From an uncultured Armatimonadetes bacterium (GTDB taxonomy: Bacteria > Armatimonadota > Hebobacteria > Hebobacterales > Hebobacteraceae), in the NCBI GenBank assembly GCA_963716175.1, contig OY970296.1, positions 1,664,001 through 1,728,000 on the forward strand: DNA of 64,000 nt, written 5' to 3'. This document shows, piece after piece, positions 49,567-60,725 of the stretch. The notes below the pieces were generated by a model. It did not search any database. It had not been told where the DNA came from and saw only the letters and a program-made list of their open reading frames with translations. Position 1 is the stretch's first letter. Each line of letters starts with the position of its first letter. The position numbers were made by a program, and so were the translations under genes.

Positions 49567-50199
49567 TTACCAGGCACGCACGTTCCAGCTCAGGACCGCG
49601 TAGCCGTAGGTATGGTGCGGAGAGCTATTGGAGACGTAGATCGCCGGGTTCAGCTGGAGCGTCGGTGTGAAATTGTAGATCAGCCCCGCCGTCGCGAAGT
49701 TGTCGCTTCCCGCCTGATAATCCACCGCCACCTGTAGCTGGCGGTTCACAGCATGGGCCCAGCCCAGCAGCGAAGAAAGCTGATAGCCCTGCCGGATCAC
49801 TCCCGCAATGAGGTAGTCGCGTCCACTGACCCATCCGGCCTCCAGGAATGGCTGAAAACCCTGGCCCGGGCCTGGCGCGTAGAGGCCGGTCGAGAACAGT
49901 AAGTGCGGGCGCTGCACCAGACCATACTCCACGCCGCCTATGAACTGCCCAGGCGAGAGGCCCCGGGACAGTGCCACCTCGAGCTTCCGCGTGAGGCCTA
50001 CCTCGAACTGCAATTGCTTGCTGTTCCCGATGGCGGGATGCTCGCCTTGGAAGCTGATCGACAGCACCCCCTCCGGCTGAGTGTCTGGGGTGATGATCTG
50101 GTTCAGACCCTTGGTGGTTGCCCCCGCGGGAGAACCGGCTGCGACCGAAAGGGCCAGTCCGGCTAGCGCGCTGAAACCAGCCAGGCGCAGAGTTGTCAT
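49567..50199 (-). CDS. Putative small outer-membrane beta-barrel protein
   Basis: Signal peptide, amphipathic strands, terminal aromatic residue (VRAW). Confidence 0.6.
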   Translation of the reverse strand: MTTLRLAGFSALAGLALSVAAGSPAGATTKGLNQIITPDTQPEGVLSISFQGEHPAIGNSKQLQFEVGLTRKLEVALSRGLSPGQFIGGVEYGLVQRPHLLFSTGLYAPGPGQGFQPFLEAGWVSGRDYLIAGVIRQGYQLSSLLGWAHAVNRQLQVAVDYQAGSDNFATAGLIYNFTPTLQLNPAIYVSNSSPHHTYGYAVLSWNVRAW

Positions 50200-50885
50200 C
50201 TCGGTGGGCCTCTCTGCAACCCGCCGGGTTACCTACCGGCAGGTAGCCACCGGACCAGCGATTGCCTTAGTCGGGATTCCCCCATCAAGCCGCTTGTCCC
50301 TCCTTGGGGCGGCTACCCCTCTGTTGCCGGGCTGATCTGCTGCCTCGGGCGCGACAGGGCCTCGAGATCCTCCCCAATCGATGCGTTTTCCGCGTTTCGC
50401 GCGGTCTGTCACACTGCCATCCACAACGTGATGCCACTGGTCTGGGCACTCGAACTGGTGTCTTAAGCCCACTTGACACCCGCAGAGCGGTCGGCGCGAT
50501 GGAAGGTGCCTTTGCCCAACACGGTGCCCCCCGTCCCCTCCTTCATGACGGCTCGACGAGCGATCCCCCGCTGCCATCTCCAGGACCTGATTCGCCGCAG
50601 ACTACCATAGGCTAGGTCGAGCCCGACGGGCGTCAGACTCTCTGGAGAGCTTGGTGTCCTCGCCTCAGATCGTGGTGGAGACGTGCCAGCCGAGCAAGAG
50701 GCGTTCTGACCTTTGCGGAAGAGAGTGAGACGTGTTAGTATCACGCCGCACTCAACCCGACCGAAGCCATCAGAAGTGCCTGATCGCAAGCAGTTGAGTG
50801 AGACCGTCGGGATCCCCCGCGTGTCCCATTCGTGCCGATGCGTCGCGCCACTTTGGGCCCCGCGCAGGTTCCCAGGAGGTCTGGC

Positions 50886-52631
50886 GTGGCCGAGCCACTT
50901 GGATGCTTCGTACTGGTGTTGCATGGACACCTCCCATATGTGCTGGAGCACGGCGGCTGGCCGCATGGTAGCGAGACGCTGTTCGAGGCTGCGGCCGATT
51001 CCTACATACCGCTGCTGTGGACCCTGGAGGAGCTGGCTCACGAGGGGGTAACGCCTAGGGTAGTCATCAGCCTTTCCCCCGTCCTCCTGGAACAGCTTGC
51101 CGATGATGGCTTCAGGCAATGGTTCGTGGACTACTTAGAGGACACGATCCACTGGGCCGCGGAGAACGAACGGGAGTTCCGAGCCTCTGGCGACGGGCAT
51201 GCCGCATTCTTGGCCCGCCGCTGGCGGGAGCGTTACGAGGCCCTGCGCGAGAGCTTCTGTAACCGCTACAACCGCGACTTACCAGCGGCCTTCCGACGGC
51301 ATCAGGAGGCCGGGCACATCGAGATAATGACGAGTGCAGCCACCCATGCCTACCTGCCGCTTCTGCGGGAGGACGGCAGCGTGCAGCTTCAGACTAAGCT
51401 GGCCGTGGCCACCTACGAGAAGCACTTTGGCCGCTGGCCGCGGGCGATGTGGTTGCCCGAATGCGGCTACCGGCCGCGGGCGATGTGGGCACCGGCCCCA
51501 CAGATCGCGGGCCCGGAGGCACCTTATCCCCGCAAGGGCACCGAGGAATTCCTGGCAGAGAACGGCATCGACTACTTCATCATCGACACCCATATGCTGG
51601 GAGGCGGGGGACCAGAGCCTATCGAAGTCGACTGGCAACACACCTTGGGTAAGCTGTGGGGAGGAATTCGCAAGGCACGCGAGCCGCGGCCCTATTCCGG
51701 TGAGAAACGTCCCTACTTCCCCTACTTCGTCGGCCACTACTATGAGGACCATCCGCCTGTGGCCGTGTTTGCCAGAGATCCCGAAACCGGGGTCAAGGTG
51801 TGGAGCGCTGATCATGGCTACCCCGGCGACGCCGACTACTTAGAGTTCCATAGGAAGCACGCTCCGGGCACCCTCCGCTACTGGCGAGTCACGGGCCCAG
51901 AATGGGCACTCGGTGATAAGGACTGGTACCACCCGGATTGGGCGGAGGGGAAAGCTCGACTGCATGCTGGCAACTTCCTGTGGACGGTGAAGGAAACACT
52001 GCGCGCCCAGCCCCGTTCCGGCGGCCGGCTTCCCGTGCTGGTGGCGGCCTTTGACGCCGAGCTGTTCGGCCACTGGTGGCATGAGGGGCCTCTGTTCCTG
52101 GCCCATGCCCTGCGCTGGATGCATCAGGACCCCGACATCGAGGTGCTGACCGGCAGTGATTATCTGGCCCGCTACTCGCCCGAAACCGCGATCACCCTCC
52201 CCGAGGCATCCTGGGGAGCAGGCGGCGGCCATCAAGTCTGGCTGAACGACGAGACCAACTGGATCTGGCAGCGCATCCATGATGCCGAGCTAGACGTGAA
52301 GGCACTCCTGAACGACCATGGCTGCGGCCACGACAGTGCGATGCGGGCCTTGATCGAGCAGGCGCTGCGCCAGCTGGTGCTGCTACAGGCGTCGGACTGG
52401 CCGTTTCTCATCACCACCTGGACAGCCCGTGACTACGCGAGCCAGCGTGTGCACTGCCATCACTCTGACTTCAAGCGAGTGGCCGGGATAGCCCGCAGGT
52501 ACGGCCGGGGCGAACGACTCACGGAGGAGGAGCGGCACTACCTTGAGCATCTTCAGGAGCGGGACCGTCTCTTCCCGGAGATCGACCCCGCCTGGTTCGC
52601 GGAGGAGGCCAGGCCAGCTAGGTGGGCCTGA
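50886..52631 (+). CDS. GH57 1,4-alpha-glucan branching enzyme (DUF1957)
   Basis: VLHGHLPY, ATHAYLPL, WLPECGY, FDAELFGHWW.EG, QASDWPF. Confidence 0.93.
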   Translation: MAEPLGCFVLVLHGHLPYVLEHGGWPHGSETLFEAAADSYIPLLWTLEELAHEGVTPRVVISLSPVLLEQLADDGFRQWFVDYLEDTIHWAAENEREFRASGDGHAAFLARRWRERYEALRESFCNRYNRDLPAAFRRHQEAGHIEIMTSAATHAYLPLLREDGSVQLQTKLAVATYEKHFGRWPRAMWLPECGYRPRAMWAPAPQIAGPEAPYPRKGTEEFLAENGIDYFIIDTHMLGGGGPEPIEVDWQHTLGKLWGGIRKAREPRPYSGEKRPYFPYFVGHYYEDHPPVAVFARDPETGVKVWSADHGYPGDADYLEFHRKHAPGTLRYWRVTGPEWALGDKDWYHPDWAEGKARLHAGNFLWTVKETLRAQPRSGGRLPVLVAAFDAELFGHWWHEGPLFLAHALRWMHQDPDIEVLTGSDYLARYSPETAITLPEASWGAGGGHQVWLNDETNWIWQRIHDAELDVKALLNDHGCGHDSAMRALIEQALRQLVLLQASDWPFLITTWTARDYASQRVHCHHSDFKRVAGIARRYGRGERLTEEERHYLEHLQERDRLFPEIDPAWFAEEARPARWA

Positions 52632-52990
52632 AGGCACCGCGTATCCATGGCTGGGGCGAGTGTGCTTCTCAACAGCACGCTGTGCAGACCGCCGGTAAGC
52701 GGGGCGCTCCTGACCATGCGGGCCAGAGGACTTCACCAGGACGACAGAAGAAGGTGAGTCGGTGTTCTCCTCCCCCCTTTTCGACGGTTGCATGGATCGG
52801 GGGAGACCTTTCCTGCTTCCTGCTGCACCCGCCACGCGAGATCGGTGTCATCCCCCTCGGCCTTTCCGGCCTGCTTTACAGGTGAGCCTGCAAACCTTCG
52901 AGATGGCCTCCTAGGCGGACAGGGCGATCAGGCAGATCGGGGGGTAGAACCACCAGCCCAAACGAGTTGCGCGCCACGAGCGCGGCCTGC

Positions 52991-53234
52991 GTCAACTACT
53001 ACAGCCGCGAGCGCTACCACGGGGCGCTGAGGAACGGGACGCCAGACGATGTCTACTTCGGCCGATAGGAAGCCATCCTGGCGCGGCGAAAGGCGCTCCA
53101 GGTCAGGAGCTTTGTGGCCCAGCGGGAGTACCACCGACGGATGGGAGAAGGGGACTCAGGATGCAGGGGCCGGAACATCCGAGGTACAGGTTAATGCAGC
53201 ACCCGTCTTGTCCCACTCTTGCTGACGCCGGACA
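52991..53234 (+). pseudogene. IS3/IS481-like transposase 3' remnant with terminal IR
   Basis: [35 protein letters not shown] with an internal stop; ends ...tgtcccactcttgctgacgccggaca. Confidence 0.7.
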
Positions 53235-53284
53235 CCTCGATTCACCTCGGGTTCGCCAGCCTCGGCGCCCAGGAGAGACAGCCA

Positions 53285-54490
53285 ATGCCAGCTGATACGG
53301 TCGTGGTCATCTTGGCCGGCGGCAGAGGAGAGAGACTGCTGCCGCTGACCGAGCATCGGGCGAAACCGGCCGTCCCCTTCGGCGGCAAATACCGCATCGT
53401 CGACTTCGTCCTCTCCAACTGCATACACTCTGGCTTGAACACCATCATCTTTATTCCGCAGTATAAGTACGACTCCCTGCTTCGCCATCTGGACCTCGGC
53501 TGGGATATCTTCAATCCTGAAAGAGGCGAGTACCTGAGAACTGTTCCTCCCCAGATGCGGGTCTCGGAGGAGTGGTACCAAGGCACCGCTGATGCGGTCT
53601 ACCAGAACCTCTACTCCCTGAGCACCGAGAACCCGAGATATGTGTTGTTGCTATCCGCTGATCAAGTCTACAGACTCGACTACAGGAACGTGTTGCGTTT
53701 CCATGTTGACAAGGGAGCTGAATTGACAATCGCTGGAGTGCAGGTTGACAAGGAGAGCGCGAGAGGACTGGGGGTCATGTCGATTGACGATGAGCAGAGA
53801 GTGGTCGCTTTCGAGGAGAAGCCGGCAACCCCTGCGACCTTGCCTGGTCAGCCCGACCAGTCGCTCGTTTCCATGGCGGTCTACGCTCTTGGGTCCCGCA
53901 TCCTCGTTGAACAACTGGAAGAGGATATGGCCAATCACAGCAGCAGCCATGACTTCGGGAAAGACATCATTCCCAAGATGGTCCGGAACGGGAGGCGGGT
54001 GTACGCCTACGTGTTCAGGGACAGCACGACGGGTGAGACGGGTTACTGGCGGGATATCGGTACCATTGAGTCCTACTATGAGACGAACATGCAGTTGCTG
54101 GATCCCGAGCCGCCGTTTGATATCTACAGCGCAGACTGGCGGACGATCCAGCGACAGCTCCCGTCGGCCAAGATCGTTTTCAAGGCGCAGATTAGGGAGT
54201 CGATCGTCGGAGAGGGCTGTATCATTGACGAGAGCACAATCTCTCGCTCGATCTTGTCGCCGGGAGTCAGAGTCGGGCCGAGGACCCAGATTACGGAATC
54301 CATAGTCATGGAGGGGGTCGAGATTCAAGAAGGCGCTAGGGTCGTGAGAGCGATTATCGACAGAGACAACGTGATTCCAGCTGGGTCAAGCATCGAGGCC
54401 GGGAAGATGGACTATCGGGGCAGCGCCGAGGTAACCGCCTCAGGGATAGTGGTTATTCCTCGGGCCATTCCCCAATGGCATGGTCGATAG
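53285..54490 (+). CDS. glgC: Glucose-1-phosphate adenylyltransferase
   Basis: LAGGRGERL.PLT..RAKPAVPFGGKYR, GTADAV, FEEKP, DFGKDIIP, YWRDIGT. Confidence 0.95.
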   Translation: MPADTVVVILAGGRGERLLPLTEHRAKPAVPFGGKYRIVDFVLSNCIHSGLNTIIFIPQYKYDSLLRHLDLGWDIFNPERGEYLRTVPPQMRVSEEWYQGTADAVYQNLYSLSTENPRYVLLLSADQVYRLDYRNVLRFHVDKGAELTIAGVQVDKESARGLGVMSIDDEQRVVAFEEKPATPATLPGQPDQSLVSMAVYALGSRILVEQLEEDMANHSSSHDFGKDIIPKMVRNGRRVYAYVFRDSTTGETGYWRDIGTIESYYETNMQLLDPEPPFDIYSADWRTIQRQLPSAKIVFKAQIRESIVGEGCIIDESTISRSILSPGVRVGPRTQITESIVMEGVEIQEGARVVRAIIDRDNVIPAGSSIEAGKMDYRGSAEVTASGIVVIPRAIPQWHGR

Positions 54491-55581
54491 CGAGCTATCA
54501 CTCTGGGTGAGGGAAGAATGCGCTGTCGTGACCTGCCCCGGTTGGGGTGCTCCCCGATCTTGATCCACCCGGAGTGAGGCCTTTTGTGGTAGGTGCGCAG
54601 GGCTGCGGCCACGACTGTGCTTGAACGGGTGGCTTCGGGCGTGCCGCACCTCCAGGCAGAGGGGGAGTTCCTCTGTCACGTCCAGGGCACGAAGCCCATG
54701 GTGTGGGTGAAGCAACCGCAGAGAAGGGCTGGTAGGGGCGTCCTGGTCGATAGGGTGAAGCCCTCTGTCTGACTGCCGCGGCCGCTTGGCCTAGGCGGCC
54801 GTCGTGGTAGTGAGAGCGGGAAGACGGAATGGGATGCGGAAGGGGCGGGTGCATCTTCTGGGTTCGGACTGCCGCGCCCCCGGGACTACGACCTCCCCTC
54901 GGGTCGCGGCGCGAGTCTCGGGTGCGAACGGACGGCTGCCGCCGTCGGTCCGGTATGCCCGAGCGGCCGCAAGTGGAGGGGAGGCAGGGGCCTGCATACT
55001 GTGTGACCGTCTGGTCACCCTGAGACCCATGTCGGGGAGTCGACTTGGTCCCATAGTGAGGTGGAGAACCCCCTGGCGTGGCCTGAGTCGCACTCCTAAG
55101 ACTGCACCAGACCGGGCACGAACTAGTGTTCCGGCGACACTGGGGCGGCTATGACCGCGGTCGCACGCCAATCTGACCTACACATACGGTCTTGGAGTGC
55201 CGGCGGGTGAGTCTCTGGACACTGCGGCGTTCGGCCGAAGGGGGTGCCTCCGGTGTCGCACCCGTCCATCATCCCGGTCAGGACGCGTCGCCGACCCGCT
55301 TCTGATCGCCGCCGCTCCCTTTGATACTCGCCCGTATCGCTACCATCGACCGCCTGATCTGTCGGCGCCGCAGCCTCCGTTCGCGCTTTCTGTGCCTGTC
55401 AGTCCCCTTCATCCTCTTGTCCCTTTCTCTACCAGCGTCATCTCTTCGTCGCTGGCCGGTGTGTACCCGATGTCATCAGCCGACTGCCCGAGGAGAAGCC
55501 AGCGCCTGTACCCTAAGGCGGCTGGAGACAAAGCAAGAGGGCCGAGGCAAGCGCCATCCGCCTCGGCCCTCGCCGCGGAGA

Positions 55582-57198
55582 TCAGTACTCAGGCGGCGGG
55601 GCGGGTGCCGGCATCTCCTTCTCCGGCTTCTCGGCGACCAGCGCCTCGGTGGTCAGCAGCATGCTCGCGATGGAGGCGGCGTTCTCGAGCGCGAAGCGCG
55701 TCACTTTCACCGGATCCATGATCCCGGCCTTCGCCATGTCCTCGATCTGCTCGGTGATGGCGTTGAAGCCGATGCCAGGTTTCTCGGCCTTCACCCTGGC
55801 GACGATCACGGAGCCCTCGGCGCCGGCGTTGTGGGCGATGGTGCGCAGCGGCTCCTCCAGGGCGCGGCGGACGATGTCGACGCCGACCTTCTCATCGCCC
55901 CGGACCTCCCTGCGGACCTTGTCGAGAACATGGGCCACGTTGAGATAGGTCACGCCACCACCGGGCACCATGCCCTCCTCGACTCCCGCGCGGGCGGCGG
56001 AGAGGGCGTCCTCGAAGCGGTGCTTCTTCTCCTTGAGCTCGGTCTCAGTGGCCGCGCCGACCTTGATCACGGCGACGCCGCCGGCCAGCTTGCCGAGGCG
56101 CTCCTGGAGCTTCTCGCGGTCATAGGAGGAGTCAGTCTCCTCGATCTGGCGACGGATCTGGTCCATGCGACCCTCGATGGCTTTGTGGGAGCCGGCGCCC
56201 TCGACGATGGTGGTGTCCTCTTTGGTGATGACGACCTTCTTGGCATGGCCGAGCTCGTTGAGGGCGACGTTCTCGAGCTTCATGCCGAGGTCCTTGGAGA
56301 GGAACGTGCCGCCGGTGAGGGTGGCGATGTCATCCATCACCGCCTTGCGGCGATCGCCGAAGCCGGGGGCCTTCACCGCGGCGGCCTGAACGGTGCCCCG
56401 GATCTTGTTGACGACCAGGGTGGCCAGCGCCTCACCGTCAACCTCTTCGGCGATGATGATGAGGGGCCGGCGGGAGGCGGCGACCTTCTCGAGGAGGGGC
56501 AGGATGTCTGCGACTACGCTGATCTTCTCCTCGTGAATCAGGATGAACGGATCTTCGAGCACCGCTTCCATGCGCTCGGGATCGGTGACGAAGTAGGGGG
56601 AGATGTAGCCCTTGTCGAACTGCATGCCTTCGACCACCTCCACGGTGGTTTCGGTGCCCTTGGACTCCTCGACCGTGATGACGCCTTCCTTGCCCACCTG
56701 GTCCATGGCGTCGGCGACAAAGCGGCCCAGTTCGGGGTCATTGCCGGCGATGGAGGCGATGTGCTCGATCGCCGCCTTGGTGTCCACCGGCTTGGCGATG
56801 CGCTTGATCTCGGCCACCACCGCTTCCACGGCCCTCTCAATGCCCCGCTTGAGCGGCATCGGGTTGATGCCAGCGGCGACCATCTTCATGCCTTCCCCGA
56901 GGATGGCTTCGGCGAGAACGGTGGCGGTGGTGGTACCGTCGCCGGCGACGTCCTTGGTCTTGGAGGCAACCTCACGCACGAGCTGGGCCCCCATGTTTTC
57001 GTAGGGCTCCTCCAGCTCGATCTCCTTGGCCACGGCCACGCCATCCTTGGTGATGGTGGGGGAACCCCACTTCTTGCTGAGGACCACGTTCCGGCCCTTG
57101 GGACCGAGCGTAGCTTTCACGGCGGCCGCGACCGCCCTCACCCCACGCTGCAGGGCTCGGCGCGCGTCTTCACTATAGCAGAGCATCTTGGCTGGCAT
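55582..57198 (-). CDS. groEL: Chaperonin GroEL
   Basis: [38 protein letters not shown]; lacks a GGM tail. Confidence 0.98.
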   Translation of the reverse strand: MPAKMLCYSEDARRALQRGVRAVAAAVKATLGPKGRNVVLSKKWGSPTITKDGVAVAKEIELEEPYENMGAQLVREVASKTKDVAGDGTTTATVLAEAILGEGMKMVAAGINPMPLKRGIERAVEAVVAEIKRIAKPVDTKAAIEHIASIAGNDPELGRFVADAMDQVGKEGVITVEESKGTETTVEVVEGMQFDKGYISPYFVTDPERMEAVLEDPFILIHEEKISVVADILPLLEKVAASRRPLIIIAEEVDGEALATLVVNKIRGTVQAAAVKAPGFGDRRKAVMDDIATLTGGTFLSKDLGMKLENVALNELGHAKKVVITKEDTTIVEGAGSHKAIEGRMDQIRRQIEETDSSYDREKLQERLGKLAGGVAVIKVGAATETELKEKKHRFEDALSAARAGVEEGMVPGGGVTYLNVAHVLDKVRREVRGDEKVGVDIVRRALEEPLRTIAHNAGAEGSVIVARVKAEKPGIGFNAITEQIEDMAKAGIMDPVKVTRFALENAASIASMLLTTEALVAEKPEKEMPAPAPPPEY

Positions 57199-57239
57199 TC
57201 CTCTGACCCTCCTCTCTCTGGTGCACTGCGGCCAAGGAC

Positions 57240-57551
57240 CTACTTCTTGCCCTTAGCCTTCTTCGGCTCCGGGTTGATGGCGAGCACTGATCCTTCATCC
57301 AGGATCACCAGATCCTCACCGTCCACCGTGATCTCGGTGCCGCCATACTTGGTGTAGACGACGATATCACCCACTGACACTTCCATAGGGGCGCGCTTTC
57401 CACTGTCGAGCACCTTGCCCGCACCCACCGCCACCACTTCACCCTCCTGCGGCTTCTTCCTGGCCGTGTCGGGGAGGACGATTCCTCCCTTGGTCACCTC
57501 TTCCTCGGGGCCAGGCCTCACCACGATGTGGTCCCCAAGCGGCTTCAGCAT
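57240..57551 (-). CDS. groES: Co-chaperonin GroES
   Basis: [28 protein letters not shown]. Confidence 0.98.
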   Translation of the reverse strand: MLKPLGDHIVVRPGPEEEVTKGGIVLPDTARKKPQEGEVVAVGAGKVLDSGKRAPMEVSVGDIVVYTKYGGTEITVDGEDLVILDEGSVLAINPEPKKAKGKK

Positions 57552-57983
57552 ACCATCACCTCCGTCTTGTGACTGCCACGCTCAGCGCCAACGCCAGAGC
57601 TGTGGCCCGCCGTCCGGCCCTGTGAGCGCTTCGCACAGGAAGACTAACACGGCCCGTGTGCGGCCGTTGTATGAAGAACCCCAACACTACCAAGAAGGGC
57701 GATAAGGCCTCGCACCGCGGCCCTGCCTCCGTGGGTCGCGCCACGGCGGCATTGTGTTGGCACGGGTACTCGGCCGCCTCTTCCCAACTGAAGATGACCG
57801 CCCTTGCCCGTACTGTCTCCATAGGACGGGCGGAGACGGCGAAGGAGAATCTGCGCACGGCAGGACTCGGGGTGAGAGGGGAATCGCCTCTGCAGGATTC
57901 TGCAAAGGCGATTGATACCCGGGCCGAACTCGCCTCTGTGGCGGCCGCCTCCCACGACACCTTCGCCTCGGAGCGGGAGGACA

Positions 57984-58118
57984 CTACTTGGAGCAGGAGC
58001 CCTCGGGCTTGCAGGTCTCCTTCTTCTCGGTTTCGCAGCTCTGCTTCTTCTCGGTCTCGCAGACCTCTTTCTTCTCAGTCTCGCAGGTCTGCTTCTTCTC
58101 CTTCTCGCAGTCTCCCAT
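57984..58118 (-). CDS. 44-aa Cys/Glu/Lys-rich tandem-repeat mini-protein
   Basis: MGDCEKEKKQTCETEKKEVCETEKKQSCETEKKETCKPEGSCSK; AGGAGG RBS; 24-bp tandem unit. Confidence 0.75.
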   Translation of the reverse strand: MGDCEKEKKQTCETEKKEVCETEKKQSCETEKKETCKPEGSCSK

Positions 58119-58215
58119 TTCACGTCCTCCTATTGTCTGTATGCAGTCTATTTGGGGGCCAGTCCTCAGTATCCTGCCGTGCGCATCAACAAATGCGAAT
58201 ACTTGTGACGGTTGT

Positions 58216-58457
58216 CGCAGTATCCAGAAACTCATCTAGGCTTCCAGGACGCTCCTGCAGACCAATCGTGGTATTCCCGGCGATCGCTGACATGCCTGTG
58301 TCGGGAGGCCGCCGAGGATGGGCGGGGATGCTGAGCTGAGATTGGACCGGGCGGGCCTGCCGGTGATTACCGCCGTGGCGCGGCTCCTCTGAGCTACCGC
58401 TCCCATCCGCGACGAAACCCCGGACAATGACTTCAAGCCGAGCGGGTGGCCGGAGTC
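58216..58457. repeat. Copy of the dispersed MITE-like repeat
   Basis: Begins cgcagtatccagaaactcatct; shares internal blocks with the copies at 49224 and 59281. Confidence 0.75.
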
Positions 58458-59079
58458 AAGGGGAGCCCGGGGCCACTCGCCCCCCGAAGAGGCCGCCCAG
58501 TCCCATCAGTGGCTCGAATCCACCGGTCAGATCAACTCCCCACTTGCCGTTCTCCTTGGCAAGGGCAAGCGGCAGCCTTAGCGATTGGACCGATTCGCCT
58601 TGTTTGATGGTCTGGTCGATCGTCACCGTGGCCCGATCGCCGGTCACCTCAACCGCCGTCGCCCGCCAGGACAATTCCCTGGGCTGTCCGGTCTTGGCTG
58701 TGGTCTGGCCCGGCCTAGCCTGCTGCTCGAGGGGGCCCAGGAGTTGCTGCGTCTCCGTGGTGCAGAGCTCCCGCGTCCTGCCGGTGTCTCCTTCGTAGAT
58801 GGAGCGCATGAAGGCCTTTGCCGTCGCTCTCGGTGAGTTGGGGGTGACCAGGTCCAAGACCTGGTAGTACCAGGCGCCGGCCACAATCGCTGCCAGCACT
58901 ACCAGGGAGAACAGCTTACCGTAGAGGCCTGAGGGCCGCTTTATCTTCACCGGAAGACGGCGCACCAGCGTTGACGGCCGCCACGCGGAAGGAGGCGGCA
59001 CATACGGGGGAGTCGCGGAAGAACCAGGAGGCGGAGACGCGGGCTCCTGCCCTCCTCCGAGGGGCTGCAACGAGTCCAT
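58456..59079 (-). CDS. Membrane-anchored DUF4878/NTF2-like protein
   Basis: One TM; SPRATAKAF...GD...ATV...L.KENGKWGV. Confidence 0.65.
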   Translation of the reverse strand: MDSLQPLGGGQEPASPPPGSSATPPYVPPPSAWRPSTLVRRLPVKIKRPSGLYGKLFSLVVLAAIVAGAWYYQVLDLVTPNSPRATAKAFMRSIYEGDTGRTRELCTTETQQLLGPLEQQARPGQTTAKTGQPRELSWRATAVEVTGDRATVTIDQTIKQGESVQSLRLPLALAKENGKWGVDLTGGFEPLMGLGGLFGGRVAPGSP

Positions 59080-59280
59080 TCCACTACCTCCTGGCGGGGC
59101 GGTCGGGACCGATCGCACAACGAGAAACGACTATCCGATTCGCCGGGAAGAATCCTGCCTCGCCTCCGGGTGGCATGTACCGATACACCGCCACTTCTGG
59201 TGTCCGGCTCTCCTCCTGCAGCAAGGTGTCTGTGCTGCGAGCACCTCCTCAACACTTACAGGGGGAGACCGTCCTATGAT

Positions 59281-59530
59281 AGCCCAGAAACTCATCTGGC
59301 CTCAGAGCCCGTGTAGAGCCCATAGTGTGGTATTCTCCCCCCTCGTGCATACCCCTGTGTCGGGAGGCCGCCGAGGATGGGCGGGGAGGCCCAGCGGGGA
59401 CTGGACTGGGCGGGGATTCCCGGCGCCGCTTGACCTTCGGCCCTGAAATGGGCCCGCAGTTCGTCATCAGCGTGTCGCCGAGTGGGCACCGTAGGGCCAG
59501 AATCGCGCAGACGAGTCTCCGAATACTGCG
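59281..59530. mobile_element. MITE-like element with imperfect terminal inverted repeats
   Basis: Left end ccagaaactcatct; right end agacgagtctccgaatactgcg matches the reverse complement of 58216-58237 at 18/22. Confidence 0.6.
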
Positions 59531-59547
59531 TGCTGGGCAAGCGGTGG

Positions 59548-60105
59548 CTACCGCACCCACTCAAACGGGGCCGGGCGACGCTCTGGCGGACCGGGCTTCT
59601 CACTGGGATAGCCGACGATGGCAGCGGCCATCAGTTCGTGTCCCTCAGGCAGGTGCAGCAACTCGCGCACTTCGTCATCCTCCCTCCCGAACATGAGGAA
59701 TCCGACGTAGCAGGTGCCCAACCCCTTCGCATGGGCCGCGAGGAACAGGTTCTCGGCGGCGAGTTGGCAGTCGATCATCGCAGTTGGCGCCGTGGGGTCG
59801 CCGGAGATGATGATCACGGCTGGCGCGTTGTAGAAGATGCTGAACTCGGGATCGCTCAGCACCTGGCGCAGCCCTTCGTTGACCAGGCTCTCTGCCGGGG
59901 CCGGGGCCAGCAGCAGGGCCTTGATGCGCTCGTTGAGCTTCGCCATCACCTGGCGATTCGTGATAACCGTGAAAGCCCAGGGCTGGCTGTTCATCCCGGT
60001 CGGTGCAAGGATCGCCAGCTCCTTCAGCAGGGCTTCGCTTACGGGCCGGTCTTCATAGGAGCGGATCGAACGCCGCGTTCGTACCACCTCGAAGAAATCA
60101 GGCAC
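59548..60105 (-). CDS. Nitroreductase family protein
   Basis: RRSIRSY, APTGMNSQPW, FYNAP, AENLFLAA...GLGTC. Confidence 0.9.
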   Translation of the reverse strand: MPDFFEVVRTRRSIRSYEDRPVSEALLKELAILAPTGMNSQPWAFTVITNRQVMAKLNERIKALLLAPAPAESLVNEGLRQVLSDPEFSIFYNAPAVIIISGDPTAPTAMIDCQLAAENLFLAAHAKGLGTCYVGFLMFGREDDEVRELLHLPEGHELMAAAIVGYPSEKPGPPERRPAPFEWVR

Positions 60106-60505
60106 TGCCTCTGCTCCCGACGTGCAAAGTCGCGAGGCTGGATTGCGTCCGGCTCTCCGTGACCAAGCCGCGCCTGGGAAGCCGCCAGACCAGCTAGAGG
60201 CTGCCACGTGAGCACAGGCCAGTTGGCTTCTTCAGCGTGGTGGACGGTCCTCCCTCGCGAGCCGCCGAAGCGGCCACGCGATCGTACAACCGCCCTTCTG
60301 CTGACGACGTATGCGCCGGAACCCCACACAACTAGCCGAGGGGGTAGCAGGAGTCGGGGGTGGCCGGGGGCCGTCGGCGGGGATGCTTCAGCGGAAGCAG
60401 AGCGAGGGGCTGGCCGCGTTCACTCTGCCTCTGTACCTGCCGGCAATGGCCTCGGATCAGTCCTGGAACGCTACGACAGGCGCGGGTATAATGTGGACCT
60501 CTCGC

Positions 60506-60679
60506 ATGACCGCTGACCTCCACGCCGAGATCATCGCCATCAAGCGCGCGGTCTGCGCGGTGCCGCAGTATCGGAAGAACCTGCTCTCGGTTCATGTCTA
60601 CGAGGCCGTGCTGGAGTACGGCATCCGCGGGCTGGATGCGTTCTGGCAGCGGTGGGCAGCCAGATACGGACAAGGGTGA
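60506..60679 (+). CDS. Small hypothetical protein or gene fragment
   Basis: 57 aa; TATAAT 13 bp upstream; GC3-biased codons. Confidence 0.4.
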   Translation: MTADLHAEIIAIKRAVCAVPQYRKNLLSVHVYEAVLEYGIRGLDAFWQRWAARYGQG

Positions 60680-60725
60680 AGCCAACTCCGTATTACCGTC
60701 GAATCACTGGAAACGGAGGCGTGAC

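Noticed and set aside
55430-55480. Hammerhead ribozyme suggested by CTGATGA...CGAA on the minus strand
   Set aside because: No GAAA core and no closing stem II.
54491-55581. Known ncRNA (tmRNA, RNase P, SRP, riboswitch) in the 1.1-kb glgC-groEL gap
   Set aside because: No diagnostic motif recognised by eye; an Infernal/Rfam scan is needed to exclude one.
57552-57983. CIRCE operator or an additional gene upstream of groES
   Set aside because: No TTAGCACTC-N9-GAGTGCTAA seen, and the ORFs there lack an RBS and family motifs.
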